A stretch of DNA of 64,000 bases from Acidimicrobiia bacterium (GTDB lineage: Bacteria; Actinomycetota; Acidimicrobiia; Spongiisociales; ZC4RG35). Shown piece after piece: positions 1 to 9,212 of this stretch; the first letter of the stretch is position 1; each line of letters starts with the position of its first letter. The position numbers were made by a program, and so were the translations under genes. The notes beneath the pieces were generated by a model. That model did no database searches. It saw only the letters and a program-made list of their open reading frames with translations, and was not told where the DNA came from. The stretch lies in contig CBDBCY010000004.1 in the NCBI GenBank assembly GCA_965203555.1, positions 2,368,001 through 2,432,000 of the forward strand. Reading direction: 5' to 3'.

Positions 1-1482
1 CGTGTTGAGCATCAGTTGGAGGTTTGCCTGCGTCTGGTGGTCGCCCCCGGGACAGCCGAAGGTCATCAGCGGCACACCGTTCTTCGCCGCTATGTAGCTG
101 ACCAGAGTGGTTCTGGGTCGCTTCCCGGGCCGGACTGCGTTCGGGTGACCTTTCAGAAGGTTGAATGTCTCGATTCGCGTGCTGAGAGCGCAGCCGAGTT
201 CCGGAAAGAAGACGGACTTTTCCAACGCGCCTCCGCTGGGAGTGGCGCAGGCCAGGTTTCCGTCGGAGTCGATGACGGCCAGATGGGTTGTTCCCGATCT
301 GTGACGCGGGCTCTCGGTTGATCCAGCCGGAGGAGAGTCCGCCACGATCTCCGATTGGCCGGGCCGGTCGGAGTATGCCCAGGCATCACCTGCGGGGGGC
401 ATCTCCGCAGTGGCCCTGGCCGGGTCGATCATGGCGGCCCGGCAGGCGCCGTATTGCTTTGACACGAGGGTGTCCACGGGCACGACAGCGTGGTCGGGAT
501 CTCCGTAGAATGCCTGGCGGTCGGAGAGAGCGTATTTGAGAGTTTCCGTGACCGTGTGGATGTAGTCGGGTGTGTTGTGACCCATCGCTTTCAGATTGAA
601 GTGTTCCAGCATGTCGAGCGCCTGCAGGAGTACCGCCGCCTGTGACCAGGTCCTCTGACCGTATATGCGGTGGCCGGCGAAAGTTGTGGACAACGGCTCT
701 TCGAACTGCGACCGGTAGCCGGCCAGGTCGCCGTCGGCCAGGATCCCACTCACGCTCCGTGAGGATTCCACGATCAGCCTGGCCACTCTGCCTCGATAGA
801 ACTCCTGCATCCCGGCGCGCAGTCTCTCGGATCGGACGCCGGTGCAGGCTGCTTCCGCCGTCACCAGTGATCTCAGGGTGTTCGCCAAACCGGGTTGTAC
901 CAAAAGCGTCCCTTCTTCGGGCTGTCGGCCGCGGTCGTAGAGGATCTCAAGGCCGCCGGGAGGAAACAGTTCGAACTGACTGGATATGGACCGTGATCTC
1001 AAATGGTTGATCATGTACCGGTAGCGTGGGATCCCCCGGTCCGCATATTCAATGGCCGGCGCCACCACCTCTCCCAGGCTCTTGGTCCCATGGCGTTCGA
1101 GCATCGATATGGTGGCGTGGACGACGCCCGGCACGGTGAAAGACAGTGGCGCCTGGTTTCCGGGTCCGGTGGGGATGGCTTCCAGTCCCTTGGACAGGTA
1201 GAAGTCAAGGGTGGCCTGTTTAGGGGCGACTCCCTGGCCGCTCAGGGATACCAGGTCCTGCGACCGGCTGTCATAGAGCATGAAGACGCCTTCGGTGGCC
1301 AGGGAGAAGGCGGCGGTGGGTTCCACCACGGCAGCAGCGAAAACCCCGGCCGCCAGGGCGTCAAAGGCATTGCCTCCCGACAGCATCATTCGCATACCCG
1401 CCATAGAGGTCAGGTAATGACCGCTTGCGATAACCCCGCGGGTTCCTGATATGACCGGACGGCCGGTCGGTGATCGTTCCAT
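1..1482 (-). CDS. ggt: Gamma-glutamyltransferase family protein; 3' end runs off the left edge
   Basis: Not in the ORF track; read by hand from ATG 1482. MERSPTGRPVISGTRGVIASGHYLTSMAG..GGNAFDA, VPGVV, the autocleavage motif GTTHLAVIDSDGN, and PGKRPRTTL..FGCPGGDHQTQ all lie in one frame (checked at the start, 361-420 and the left edge). Confidence 0.9.
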   Translation of the reverse strand, partial: MERSPTGRPVISGTRGVIASGHYLTSMAGMRMMLSGGNAFDALAAGVFAAAVVEPTAAFSLATEGVFMLYDSRSQDLVSLSGQGVAPKQATLDFYLSKGLEAIPTGPGNQAPLSFTVPGVVHATISMLERHGTKSLGEVVAPAIEYADRGIPRYRYMINHLRSRSISSQFELFPPGGLEILYDRGRQPEEGTLLVQPGLANTLRSLVTAEAACTGVRSERLRAGMQEFYRGRVARLIVESSRSVSGILADGDLAGYRSQFEEPLSTTFAGHRIYGQRTWSQAAVLLQALDMLEHFNLKAMGHNTPDYIHTVTETLKYALSDRQAFYGDPDHAVVPVDTLVSKQYGACRAAMIDPARATAEMPPAGDAWAYSDRPGQSEIVADSPPAGSTESPRHRSGTTHLAVIDSDGNLACATPSGGALEKSVFFPELGCALSTRIETFNLLKGHPNAVRPGKRPRTTLVSYIAAKNGVPLMTFGCPGGDHQTQANLQLMLNT

Positions 1483-1579
1483 ATATCCGGTGAGGGACGG
1501 TAGTTCGGCGGAGAATACTGCGGGGGACCGGCGACATCCGGCCCGGTTCGGTTGGGCCGGATGTCCATGTTCATCGCCC

Positions 1580-2155
1580 ATGCATGGAAAGCTTCGCAAC
1601 TTCATCGAGGCCGTCAACACCTTCGATGCCGTCTGCCGGAAGGTGTCGCCGTCGGCCTGGGACAACGATTCGCCCTGTGAGGGCTGGACGGCGCGCGATG
1701 TCGTGGCCCATCAGTGCGCGGTGCTCGACGCCCTCGCTCGGATCGCCCGAACCGGCGAGTGGAACAGACCTGTCAAAGTCGAACCTCCGACCGATCCGCT
1801 TGCCCGATGGGAACGAACGAGGGAAGCGGTACTGGCGGCGCTTCGCCGACCCGGGGTGATGGAGCGAGAGGACAAGTACTGGTTCGGGCGGATGGACATG
1901 GCCACCTTCGTGTCCTACGTGCAGTGGGATCCTCTGACTCACGCCTGGGACGTCGGAAAGGCGACCGGTGTCGACACAAACCTTCCGCCCGAACTGTGCG
2001 AGATCAGTTACGAGTTGATCGGAGAGAGGGCGGATTGGTTCCGCCGAACCGGTCGGATCGGACCGGCGGTTCAAGTCTCTGACGACGCATCGATCGTCGA
2101 TCGTTATCTGGCGCTGGTGGGGAGACGACCTTTGAGTCAGCCGACCAGAAGTTGA
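1580..2155 (+). CDS. DinB/maleylpyruvate-isomerase superfamily protein (TIGR03086-like)
   Basis: WDNDSPCEGWTARDVVAH and DPLTHAWDVGKATG motifs, C-terminal LALVGRR; start moved to ATG 1580. Confidence 0.8.
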   Translation: MHGKLRNFIEAVNTFDAVCRKVSPSAWDNDSPCEGWTARDVVAHQCAVLDALARIARTGEWNRPVKVEPPTDPLARWERTREAVLAALRRPGVMEREDKYWFGRMDMATFVSYVQWDPLTHAWDVGKATGVDTNLPPELCEISYELIGERADWFRRTGRIGPAVQVSDDASIVDRYLALVGRRPLSQPTRS

Positions 2156-3018
2156 GCCAGCAACCCGCCCACTGCGGCCACCGCGAACACATAGACGCCA
2201 AAGGCGACCAGGACTCCTTTGCCGGCCAGCTTTGCCAGGATCACGAACTCGGGGATGTTGAAACCGGCGCCGGAGATGGTTAGAGCAACGATCGCTCCGA
2301 TCCCGATCCCGGCTGATCGGAGAGCGTCGGCGATGGGGATGAAGACTTCGGTGTTGACGTAGAACAGCGTCCCGACCGCCGCCGCGGCCGGTATCGCCGC
2401 GTCCCCTGCCAGAACGGGAACCCGGGTAACGGTTTCGGCGGGCAAAAGTGCCGTGATTGCCAGGCCGATTCCCACTCCCACCACCAGCAGGGGCGCCATG
2501 GTGAGCAACAGTTTCCGGGAGGCTCTCCAGGCCGGTCGCCATTCTGCCCGCCAGCCTTGCCAGTGCCCGGCGTCTGTAGCCTCGGCCCCTCCGGCCAGGG
2601 TGGGAAGTGGTTTCATGAACCGTTCCAGACCATTTTTCTCCGCCACCAGCGCCAGACCCAGGGCCGCCGCGAACGTCACTCCCAGGTATAGGAGGGCTGC
2701 TTTCCAGCCCACGATGATCATGAGCGCTCCGAACAGAATAGGGTCCAGCACCGGCGCTGCCATGACGAAAGCCACATACCCGGCGGCTGTGACCCCCGCC
2801 TGTCGGAAGGCGACCAGCACCGGTATGGTCGAGTAGGTGCAAAAAGGGGTGATGAAACCCACGGCGATGCCCCGCAAAGCGGCGACCATCGGCGTGGCGC
2901 CCATCAGGGTCTTAAGCCGGGTGTTTCCCAACCGCCTTTGCGACATGTTCAACAAGAACGACACTCCGATGAACAGCGCGAGAAGCTCCACGAAGAGCCA
3001 GGCGGCCTCGCCGATCAT
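2137..3018 (-). CDS. Predicted permease (DUF318/ArsP-like)
   Basis: Multi-TM protein with GFITPFCTYSTIPV, FVMAAPVLDP and ALTISGAGFNIPE motifs. Confidence 0.75.
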   Translation of the reverse strand: MIGEAAWLFVELLALFIGVSFLLNMSQRRLGNTRLKTLMGATPMVAALRGIAVGFITPFCTYSTIPVLVAFRQAGVTAAGYVAFVMAAPVLDPILFGALMIIVGWKAALLYLGVTFAAALGLALVAEKNGLERFMKPLPTLAGGAEATDAGHWQGWRAEWRPAWRASRKLLLTMAPLLVVGVGIGLAITALLPAETVTRVPVLAGDAAIPAAAAVGTLFYVNTEVFIPIADALRSAGIGIGAIVALTISGAGFNIPEFVILAKLAGKGVLVAFGVYVFAVAAVGGLLAQLLVG

Positions 3019-3054
3019 CTCGAGTGACGCCGCGCCGTGTGGAGTCGAGGCAGC

Positions 3055-3750
3055 CTAGCCCAACAGGGTGGGGGCTGAAGGGAAGGTGACGGGCTCGATG
3101 AGAGTCGGGTCATTGTTGATCACCTTGTTGACCCTGCGCGACACCGGGTGGGCTTCCCATTCCCGGATGTCGGGGTGTTCCAGGAGGCTCTGGGCGGCAA
3201 TAGGGTCGTCCAGGTCGGGGTCCAGCCACGGTGACCAGCGCTGCGGCGGGAGGGCGATGGGCATCCGATGATGAACGGAAGCGATCGGCCCTTCAGACTC
3301 TCCGGTGATGATGGCGCAGGACACCAGCCACTCTTCGTTGACGGGGTGGCGTCTCACCGACCACAGACCGGCAAATGCCAGGGGTTGTTGGTCGGAGCGG
3401 AAGATCCAGTGGGGGATGTGACCGTCCGACCGGGCGGTCCACTCGTAGAAGCCGTCGGCTGGGATCAGGCACCGCCGGTTGGCCATGCTCTTTCGGAACA
3501 AGGGTTTTCGGGCTGCTGTCTCTGAGCGTGCATTGATGTGGAACGTCTTGAGGTCCGGGGTCCAGTGGGGAATCAGGCCCCACCGCATGGCTTCCAGGCG
3601 GGTTGTCCCTTTGCGGTGGCGAACCGCATAGACGGGATCGGTCGGCGCCACGTTCCAACTGGGTGAGAGCGGCTCTTCGATTATCTCCTCGGCTTCGAGA
3701 TAGTCGCCGTATTCGTAGGGGTCTCGCGCCTGGCCGAACCTGCCGCACAT
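3055..3750 (-). CDS. SOS response-associated peptidase (SRAP/YedK/HMCES family; abasic-site protection)
   Basis: True start MCGRF (Cys2) at 3750; WNVAPT, MRWGLIP, INARSET, RCLIPADGFYEW, HHRMP. Confidence 0.93.
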   Translation of the reverse strand: MCGRFGQARDPYEYGDYLEAEEIIEEPLSPSWNVAPTDPVYAVRHRKGTTRLEAMRWGLIPHWTPDLKTFHINARSETAARKPLFRKSMANRRCLIPADGFYEWTARSDGHIPHWIFRSDQQPLAFAGLWSVRRHPVNEEWLVSCAIITGESEGPIASVHHRMPIALPPQRWSPWLDPDLDDPIAAQSLLEHPDIREWEAHPVSRRVNKVINNDPTLIEPVTFPSAPTLLG

Positions 3751-3793
3751 GCCGGTTAGTGTAAGAAGCCACCCGATAGAGGAGTTCCCCCTA

Positions 3794-4201
3794 ATGGCCA
3801 CTTTGGAAGAGTTCTGCACCATCACCGCCGGTCTTCGCCCCCGGATGCTGGGCAAGACCCCCTCCGGCGTCCGGCTCGATTTTGCTTTCGAGGGAACCGC
3901 GGAGAGTCCCCACTGGGAGGGGTCCCGGCCCGTGTCGGGAGTCGACTACGCCACGGTCCGCTCCGACGGGAATCTCAACCTGGACATCAGGGGCGTGATC
4001 GGAGAGGGACGCAAGACAGTCTCATACCGGGCCATGGGGGTGAGCGTCATGAAATCCAAGACCGAAGCCCTGCCCCGTGAACTCCTGACCTTCGAGACCT
4101 CCGACGAAGACCTGTCCTGGCTCAACACCGCCATCGGCGTGGCTGTCGGACAGGGCAAAGGCCTTGATCTGACCTTGACCGTCTACATAGTGAAGGACTG
4201 A
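3794..4201 (+). CDS. DUF3237-like beta-barrel protein
   Basis: LGKTPSGVR..F.G, GVDYATVRSDG.LNLDIR, FETSDEDLSWLN..GVAVG; GAGGAG RBS before ATG 3794. Confidence 0.7.
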   Translation: MATLEEFCTITAGLRPRMLGKTPSGVRLDFAFEGTAESPHWEGSRPVSGVDYATVRSDGNLNLDIRGVIGEGRKTVSYRAMGVSVMKSKTEALPRELLTFETSDEDLSWLNTAIGVAVGQGKGLDLTLTVYIVKD

Positions 4202-4481
4202 TGTGAGCCGCCCAATCTGCAGGTCTCCCCGGACTGTCGGTGGGTTGGTTCCGGCGCGGGGGCATAGCCTCAGGGGGTGTTCCTAGCCTCGGCGGTGGCT
4301 GTGGCGTTGTCGGTGCCGGCTTCTATTGGGATGGGACTTGAGGTGCGGAACGGGGTGGATCGTGGAGATTCTTCCGGACTGGCTGTTGAATCGAGCGCGG
4401 AGGGGGCAGTGGTCAGTGAGTACGTGACATCCGATGCGTTGGTTTTGTCTGATAACGGGGACCGGATCGGGTTCGTTCACT

Positions 4482-4533
4482 TTGAAGAAGGAAACTCCCT
4501 CCAGGAACAGGGCTGATCCGCCCAACAGTCCCT
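4482..4533 (+). repeat. Direct repeat copy 1: duplicated fragment from the 3' part of the enoyl-CoA hydratase gene
   Basis: 4494-4524 is identical to 6337-6367 (31 bp, actccctccaggaacagggctgatccgccca). Ungapped 4482-4533 vs 6325-6376 matches at 47/52. Confidence 0.9.
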
Positions 4534-4710
4534 CGATGATCCTGCGGGGTTCAACTCCTTTCACATGGTGATCATTAATCCCCCCTACCAGCGGCCCCGC
4601 GGCGGACAGAATGTCATTGACGTGGCCGGGGTGACCGAGGAGGCGGGCCGGATTGAGGGGGATGCGAGATCCCTGACCGACCTGGCGGTTTTGGGGAATG
4701 GCCGGCGCTG

Positions 4711-5099
4711 TTACTTCGCAGAAGGTCGGGTGATCTCTTGCATCTTGCCTACGAAGAATTCCGAGGTCGTCAACACCTGGGTGGCTTCCTCCTCTGTCCA
4801 GTTTCCCCTGGCAAAGCGGTAGGCCGCCTCGTTACGCATAGCCAACAGCGGTTCAAGGACATCTTCCATGCCGGACGGCAGAGCACCGCCGGCTACCAGA
4901 TCATCTATTTTCTGTCGAACGCTGTCGTGGCTCTTGGATTTGATCCCCTGATGAAACAGTATTGCCTTGGCTGCGTAAAACGCGGCGTCGTAACTTTCGC
5001 GGATGCATCTGATGTATTCTCCCCACTTGATGAACTTTGCGCCCACCTCAGGGAATCCAATGACCGTTTCTGCAGCTTGGCCACGAATTCCTCATGCAT
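4711..5099 (-). pseudogene. HEPN-domain protein (UPF0332-like) with a frameshift near 5036 (pseudogene or sequencing indel)
   Basis: MHEEFVAKLQKRSLDSLRWAQ from ATG 5099 (overlapping the MNT stop) continues in another frame as KFIKWGEY..ESYDAAFYAAKAIL..KSH..MRNEAAY. One extra A in the AAA run restores the frame. Confidence 0.75.
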
Positions 5100-5469
5100 C
5101 CAGACGTTTTCCCTCCCGTCTTACGAAGTAATGGAAATCGTCGTCGCTTGACTCAAGCTCTCGAAGCGTGGTGGGATGCCCGTCAATGCAGACCCTGTGA
5201 GTAAGGCGGATGGGTTTCGCCACAGAGTACAGCAGGTTCAATTCCGCGCCGATCGCGCCTTCCTCGTGGAGGACAACCAGGAGGTCCACATCGGAGTCGG
5301 GGCGGTGAGTTCCAAGCGCCCGAGACCCAAAAAGCCAGACCTGCGCCAAACGTTTCCCGAACACACGATGGTAGCCATCCACCGCTTCGGCGATAGCCTT
5401 TTGCACTGTCTCTTCTGACGGCGACCCACGGAGCGGCGATTTAACAGATGCGTTGACAGACGGTTCCAT
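5092..5469 (-). CDS. Minimal nucleotidyltransferase (MNT), antitoxin-type partner of HEPN
   Basis: VWLFGSRALGTHRPDSDVDLLVV (GS..DxD motif); stop overlaps the HEPN start. Confidence 0.88.
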   Translation of the reverse strand: MEPSVNASVKSPLRGSPSEETVQKAIAEAVDGYHRVFGKRLAQVWLFGSRALGTHRPDSDVDLLVVLHEEGAIGAELNLLYSVAKPIRLTHRVCIDGHPTTLRELESSDDDFHYFVRREGKRLDA

Positions 5470-5499
5470 CTGTGAAAACGAGCATAGCAAAACCGGCGG

Positions 5500-5845
5500 G
5501 AAAGGTTGAGGGTGGTGGGCGAGGGCGGTGAGGGGGTGGTGGGCCATGTGGGATTGCACATGCTGGGGCGTTTCGCCGATTCGATGGGGGTGACCGGGGC
5601 ACTGTCGGATGTGTTCGACGGCCGGGGGTGGTTCATGATCGGGGCGGGATGTTGTGTCATCGGAGTGCTGATGTTGACCGGCGGCAGACAGGCCTGTTCG
5701 GACATCGAGTGTCTACGCGCCCAGCCGGGCCTGTTCGGTCCGGTGGCGTCGTACTCCACCCTGTTTTCAGACGATGCGCGGCATCGAGGAACAGGCCCAA
5801 GCGGGGTTGGCCGCTGCTGTGAGCCGGGTGCGGAAACAAATATCG
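5500..5845 (+). mobile_element. IS1380-family transposase remnant (5' fragment, frameshifted)
   Basis: Fragments in shifting frames (GEGVVGHVGLHMLGRFAD..GALS / VHDRG / MLTGG..CSDIECLRAQPGLFGPVASYSTL) match the actinobacterial IS1380 N-terminal pattern (vv.haG..ll..HDpG..GGd..DI..LR.qp.lFGpVAS.pT). Confidence 0.7.
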
Positions 5846-5934
5846 GAAAAGGTCGTCGGTTACCAACCGAACCGAGGAGTTGATCATGGATGTGGACGCG
5901 TCTTTGCACCAAGTGCATGTGAGCGGCGCGCATG

Positions 5935-6246
5935 GAGCGTTTGGCCCGAGTTGGGGATTACCCGGGGGTGCTCCACTCAACCTGTTCGTTTTTGTCCCGA
6001 TGGTGGTGTTACCCGTGGGGAGATGGCGGCGTTTTTGATGCGGGCCTTTGATATCCCACCGGGTTCGCGGACGTGAGGGCGGACAGTTGGTACGCGGCCG
6101 ACGTGGACGCCCTGGCCGCGGCCGGGGTCACGGTGGGCTGTTCCGCTCAACCGCTGCGTTTCTGTCCCGACCAGCTGGTGACCCGTGGACAGATGGCAAC
6201 GTTCCTGGCCAGAGCAACAGGCCTGGTCGAGACGCCTTCTCCCTGA
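5935..6246 (+). pseudogene. S-layer homology (SLH) domain protein remnant with two Cys-containing SLH repeats
   Basis: LGITRGCSTQPVRFCPDGGVTRGEMAAFLMRAF, then after a frameshift near 6060 FADVRADSWYAADVDALAAAGVTVGCSAQPLRFCPDQLVTRGQMATFLARA..* (TGA 6244-6246). No intact start. Confidence 0.75.
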
Positions 6247-6290
6247 ACCCTGCTGTCACTCGGTTCGGCCCAGACCGGCCGAACCGCGGT

Positions 6291-7064
6291 CTATGTCGAG
6301 CGGAAATCGGGCTTCCGTTTTTCCTTGAAGGCGGAGACTCCCTCCAGGAACAGGGCTGATCCGCCCAGCAGCCCCTGGCTGGCGGCTTCGGCGGCCAGTC
6401 CCTTGGCAACGGCCACCGAGGAGGTCTGATAGAGGAGTTTTCGGTTGGCGGCGTAGGCGGAGGTGGGCCCGTCGCAAAGCCGCTTCGCCCACTCCATGGC
6501 TTCTGACAGCGCTTCTCCTCCGGCTGAAACCCGGTGGCAGAGTCCGATGTCCGAGGACTCTTGCGCTCCCACTTTCCTGCCGGACATGGTGATCTCGATT
6601 GCCCGGCCCAGCCCCACCATCTGGGGTAGATACCAGGCGGTTCCCGAGTCGGGAGTGAGACCCAGGTGAATGAAGGCGCTCATGAAATAGGACCCGGGGT
6701 CCATCACCCGCACGTCACAACTCAGGGCTATCCCCATTCCTGCCCCGGCCGCCGGTCCGTTCACCGCCGCCACCGTAGGCACCGGGGACTCGTGAAAGGC
6801 GTCGATCATGGGATGGAAGTGCTGGTGAAGGATGGCTTCCAGGTCCCCGGCCTTTTCCATCTCCTCGGTCAGTTCCAGCAGATCCGCTCCCGCGCAGAAG
6901 GCTCGTCCTTCTCCGGTTACAACCGCGGCGCGGGCCTCTTTCCCGGCCCGTTGTACAGCCTCGGTGATTTCCCGGGCCATCGTCAGGGTGATGGCGTTGT
7001 AGCGGGCAGGGCGCCGAAGAGTCACGACGGCCACCTCCCCCACCAACTCATATCCGCATTGCAT
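6291..7064 (-). CDS. Enoyl-CoA hydratase/isomerase (PaaG-like crotonase)
   Basis: GEGRAFCAGADL, AAVNGPAAGAG, GLTPDSG, EGVSAFKEKRKPDF; start set at ATG 7064. Confidence 0.9.
   Translation of the reverse strand: MQCGYELVGEVAVVTLRRPARYNAITLTMAREITEAVQRAGKEARAAVVTGEGRAFCAGADLLELTEEMEKAGDLEAILHQHFHPMIDAFHESPVPTVAAVNGPAAGAGMGIALSCDVRVMDPGSYFMSAFIHLGLTPDSGTAWYLPQMVGLGRAIEITMSGRKVGAQESSDIGLCHRVSAGGEALSEAMEWAKRLCDGPTSAYAANRKLLYQTSSVAVAKGLAAEAASQGLLGGSALFLEGVSAFKEKRKPDFRST
6325..6376 (+). repeat. Direct repeat copy 2, inside the 3' end of the enoyl-CoA hydratase gene
   Basis: Matches 4482-4533; on the minus strand it encodes GLLGGSALFLEGVS. Confidence 0.9.
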
Positions 7065-7191
7065 TAGCCGAGACCCTTTCCCTTCGACGTGGCTTCCACG
7101 GTAGCGAAGCGCCATGGGAATTCCTATTGGTGGGCCTGCCTGCAACGTATTCTGGAGTCCAGGACGAACTTGTATACGCTCACCTCTTAGC

Positions 7192-8427
7192 ATGTCTTCC
7201 CGATGTTCATTCTGCACCCGGCTCCCCGGCGCCGGTTCCTATGTGGTAGCCGGACCCAAGGGGGTTGGCATATGCGACCTGTGCGCGGTAACCGTCAACA
7301 CGGTCGCCCAGGAGGCGCTGCGACCCCATGGCACCGAAAGACTGGTCACCGGCATCAGACATCTGATGACCAACGACCCCGCCTGGGGGGGCCCGCTGGG
7401 CATCATCGACGACGCGGCCGTCGCCATCCGAAAGGGGAAGGTGGCCTGGGTGGGCGCGGAGCGGGAAATACCGCGCCAACTCGAGGAGCTGCCGCGACTG
7501 GATTGCGGGGGCCGGGTGGCAGTGCCGGGTTTTGTGGACGCATTCTGCCAGGTGGCGGGAACCGCGGGTGGGCCGGCGCCGCCCGACGAGTCATCGCCGA
7601 TTGAGATGGCCACCGAATGGGCCGGGCGATTGCTGGCCGGTGGCGCCACGTGTCTTCTGGTTTCGGTCAGGACCCGTGGCGATACCGAGGAGGACAGGGA
7701 GCGGATCGCTACCGCAAACATGCTCAAACAAGAGCTTCCCTTGAAGGTCGTGACCAGTTGGGCGGTGGGGCCGGATGCCGGCATCTCCCCCTTTGACGGG
7801 GAGGGAAAAGGGATTCTCCGAGATGTCGCCCAGTACCTTTCGGGGCTGTCGATCGTGGTGGGAACCGAAGGGTTTTCTCCCAGCGAGGCTCGCAAGGTTT
7901 GCTCTTCGATGGGGTCGGTGCGAAAGCGGGTGAGGCTGCACGGTGATCCGGACATACCGGCCGACGCGGTCCGCTCGATGCGCCCGCTGGCGGTCCAGGA
8001 CATGACCCAATTGGACGACTGGACTCTGCAGGCGCTGCGATCCAACGGTGGGGCCGTTGTCGTACAGCCCATGTCGAACTTCGGAGGGCGGCTACCGATC
8101 CGGAGCCTGAGGAGTCGGGGTATCACGGTTGCTTTGGGTACGGGTTGTCTGCCCGGTGAACGGTCCGTCACGTCGATGCCCTTTTTGGCCTGGGTGGCTT
8201 CGGAAGCGGCTGACATCCCGATCGAGACGGCGCTGTGGTGCGCCACCTACGGGGGCGCTCAGGCACTGGGTGACAAGGCAAGAGGACTGATCCGCCGGGG
8301 AGCGGTCGGCGATATGGCAATTCTGGATGTTGCCGACTTCCACGAGTTGGCCAACCATCCCGACCTGCCCATGGTGTGGGAACTGATACTGGAGGGAGAC
8401 CTGACCGCAGTGGGTCAAACCGGATGA
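7192..8427 (+). CDS. ClpX-type C4 zinc finger fused to a HutI-like amidohydrolase fold, probably non-catalytic
   Basis: N-terminal CSFC..VVAGPKGVGICDLC, then LGIIDDAAVAIRKGKVAWVG, DCGGRVAVPGFVD and ATYGGAQALG..GLIRRGAVGD. The HxH metal motif is replaced by FCQ. Confidence 0.7.
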   Translation: MSSRCSFCTRLPGAGSYVVAGPKGVGICDLCAVTVNTVAQEALRPHGTERLVTGIRHLMTNDPAWGGPLGIIDDAAVAIRKGKVAWVGAEREIPRQLEELPRLDCGGRVAVPGFVDAFCQVAGTAGGPAPPDESSPIEMATEWAGRLLAGGATCLLVSVRTRGDTEEDRERIATANMLKQELPLKVVTSWAVGPDAGISPFDGEGKGILRDVAQYLSGLSIVVGTEGFSPSEARKVCSSMGSVRKRVRLHGDPDIPADAVRSMRPLAVQDMTQLDDWTLQALRSNGGAVVVQPMSNFGGRLPIRSLRSRGITVALGTGCLPGERSVTSMPFLAWVASEAADIPIETALWCATYGGAQALGDKARGLIRRGAVGDMAILDVADFHELANHPDLPMVWELILEGDLTAVGQTG

Positions 8428-9212
8428 ATTGGAAATCCGATCCCTCCCCGCTGGCGATCTCTCATCGAGGAGGAGCGGGTTTGTGGCCGGAGAACACCAT
8501 GGAAGCCTTCTCCAGAACGGTGGAGATGGGGTATCGGTGGATTGAGACCGACATCCATGTGACGGCGGACGGGGTGGTGGTGTGCCTTCACGATCCCACC
8601 CTGGAACGCACCACCGATGGCGAGGGAGAGGTGGCGAGGCTGCCCTGGAAAGAGGTGCGGGAACTCGACGCCGGATACACCCATCATCCGGACCAGGGTT
8701 TTCCCTTCCGGGGCCAAGGTGTCCGGATACCTTCCCTGGAAGAGGTGGCCTCCTCCTTTCCGGACCTGCGAATGGTGCTGGAGTTGAAGGCCGATCACAC
8801 CGAAGCGGCCCTGTTGCGACTGATTCGACGGTTGAAGCTCGGCGACCGGGTGATAATCGCATCTTTCTCCGATGCTCGATTGGCCCGCGTGCGGGAACTG
8901 TACGACGGAGATATAGCCACGTCCACCGGCGAAAAAGAGGTTGCCCGCTTGGTCAAGGCGGCCTGGCTGGGGAGACGGGCGCGTACCGACCATGCAGCTC
9001 TGCAGATCCCGACCCGGTCCGGTCTCGCGCCGCTCGTCACCCGGCGAACGGTCAAGGCCTACCATCGCATGGGACTGCAGGTGCATGTGTGGACGATCGA
9101 CCACCCCCGTCGCATGGAGCGTCTGCTGGACCGGGGAGTGGACGGCATCATGACCGACCGCCCCGATCTGCTGAAGGAGGTGTTCACCAAAAGAGGAATC
9201 TGGGGACAGTGA
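8424..9212 (+). CDS. Glycerophosphodiester phosphodiesterase (GDPD)
   Basis: ISHRGG..PENTMEAF, IETDIH.TADG.VVCLHD.TLERTT, ELK, VHVWTID, GVDGIMTDRP; ATGA overlap with the upstream gene. Confidence 0.92.
   Translation: MNWKSDPSPLAISHRGGAGLWPENTMEAFSRTVEMGYRWIETDIHVTADGVVVCLHDPTLERTTDGEGEVARLPWKEVRELDAGYTHHPDQGFPFRGQGVRIPSLEEVASSFPDLRMVLELKADHTEAALLRLIRRLKLGDRVIIASFSDARLARVRELYDGDIATSTGEKEVARLVKAAWLGRRARTDHAALQIPTRSGLAPLVTRRTVKAYHRMGLQVHVWTIDHPRRMERLLDRGVDGIMTDRPDLLKEVFTKRGIWGQ

Noticed and set aside
153-389. Track ORF suggesting a frameshift in ggt
   Set aside because: Manual reading shows ggt stays in frame through this region; the ORF is an alternative-frame shadow.
4544-4562. GGGGTTCAACTCC resembling a tRNA T-arm beside the 52-bp repeat
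   Set aside because: The stem pairs poorly and no acceptor, D or anticodon arm can be built.
8582-9208. Long N-terminal extensions in track ORFs (Wzm, Wzt, SdhA, SdhB, MoaE) suggesting fusions
   Set aside because: They overlap neighbouring genes; family motifs begin at downstream starts, most with stop/start overlaps.
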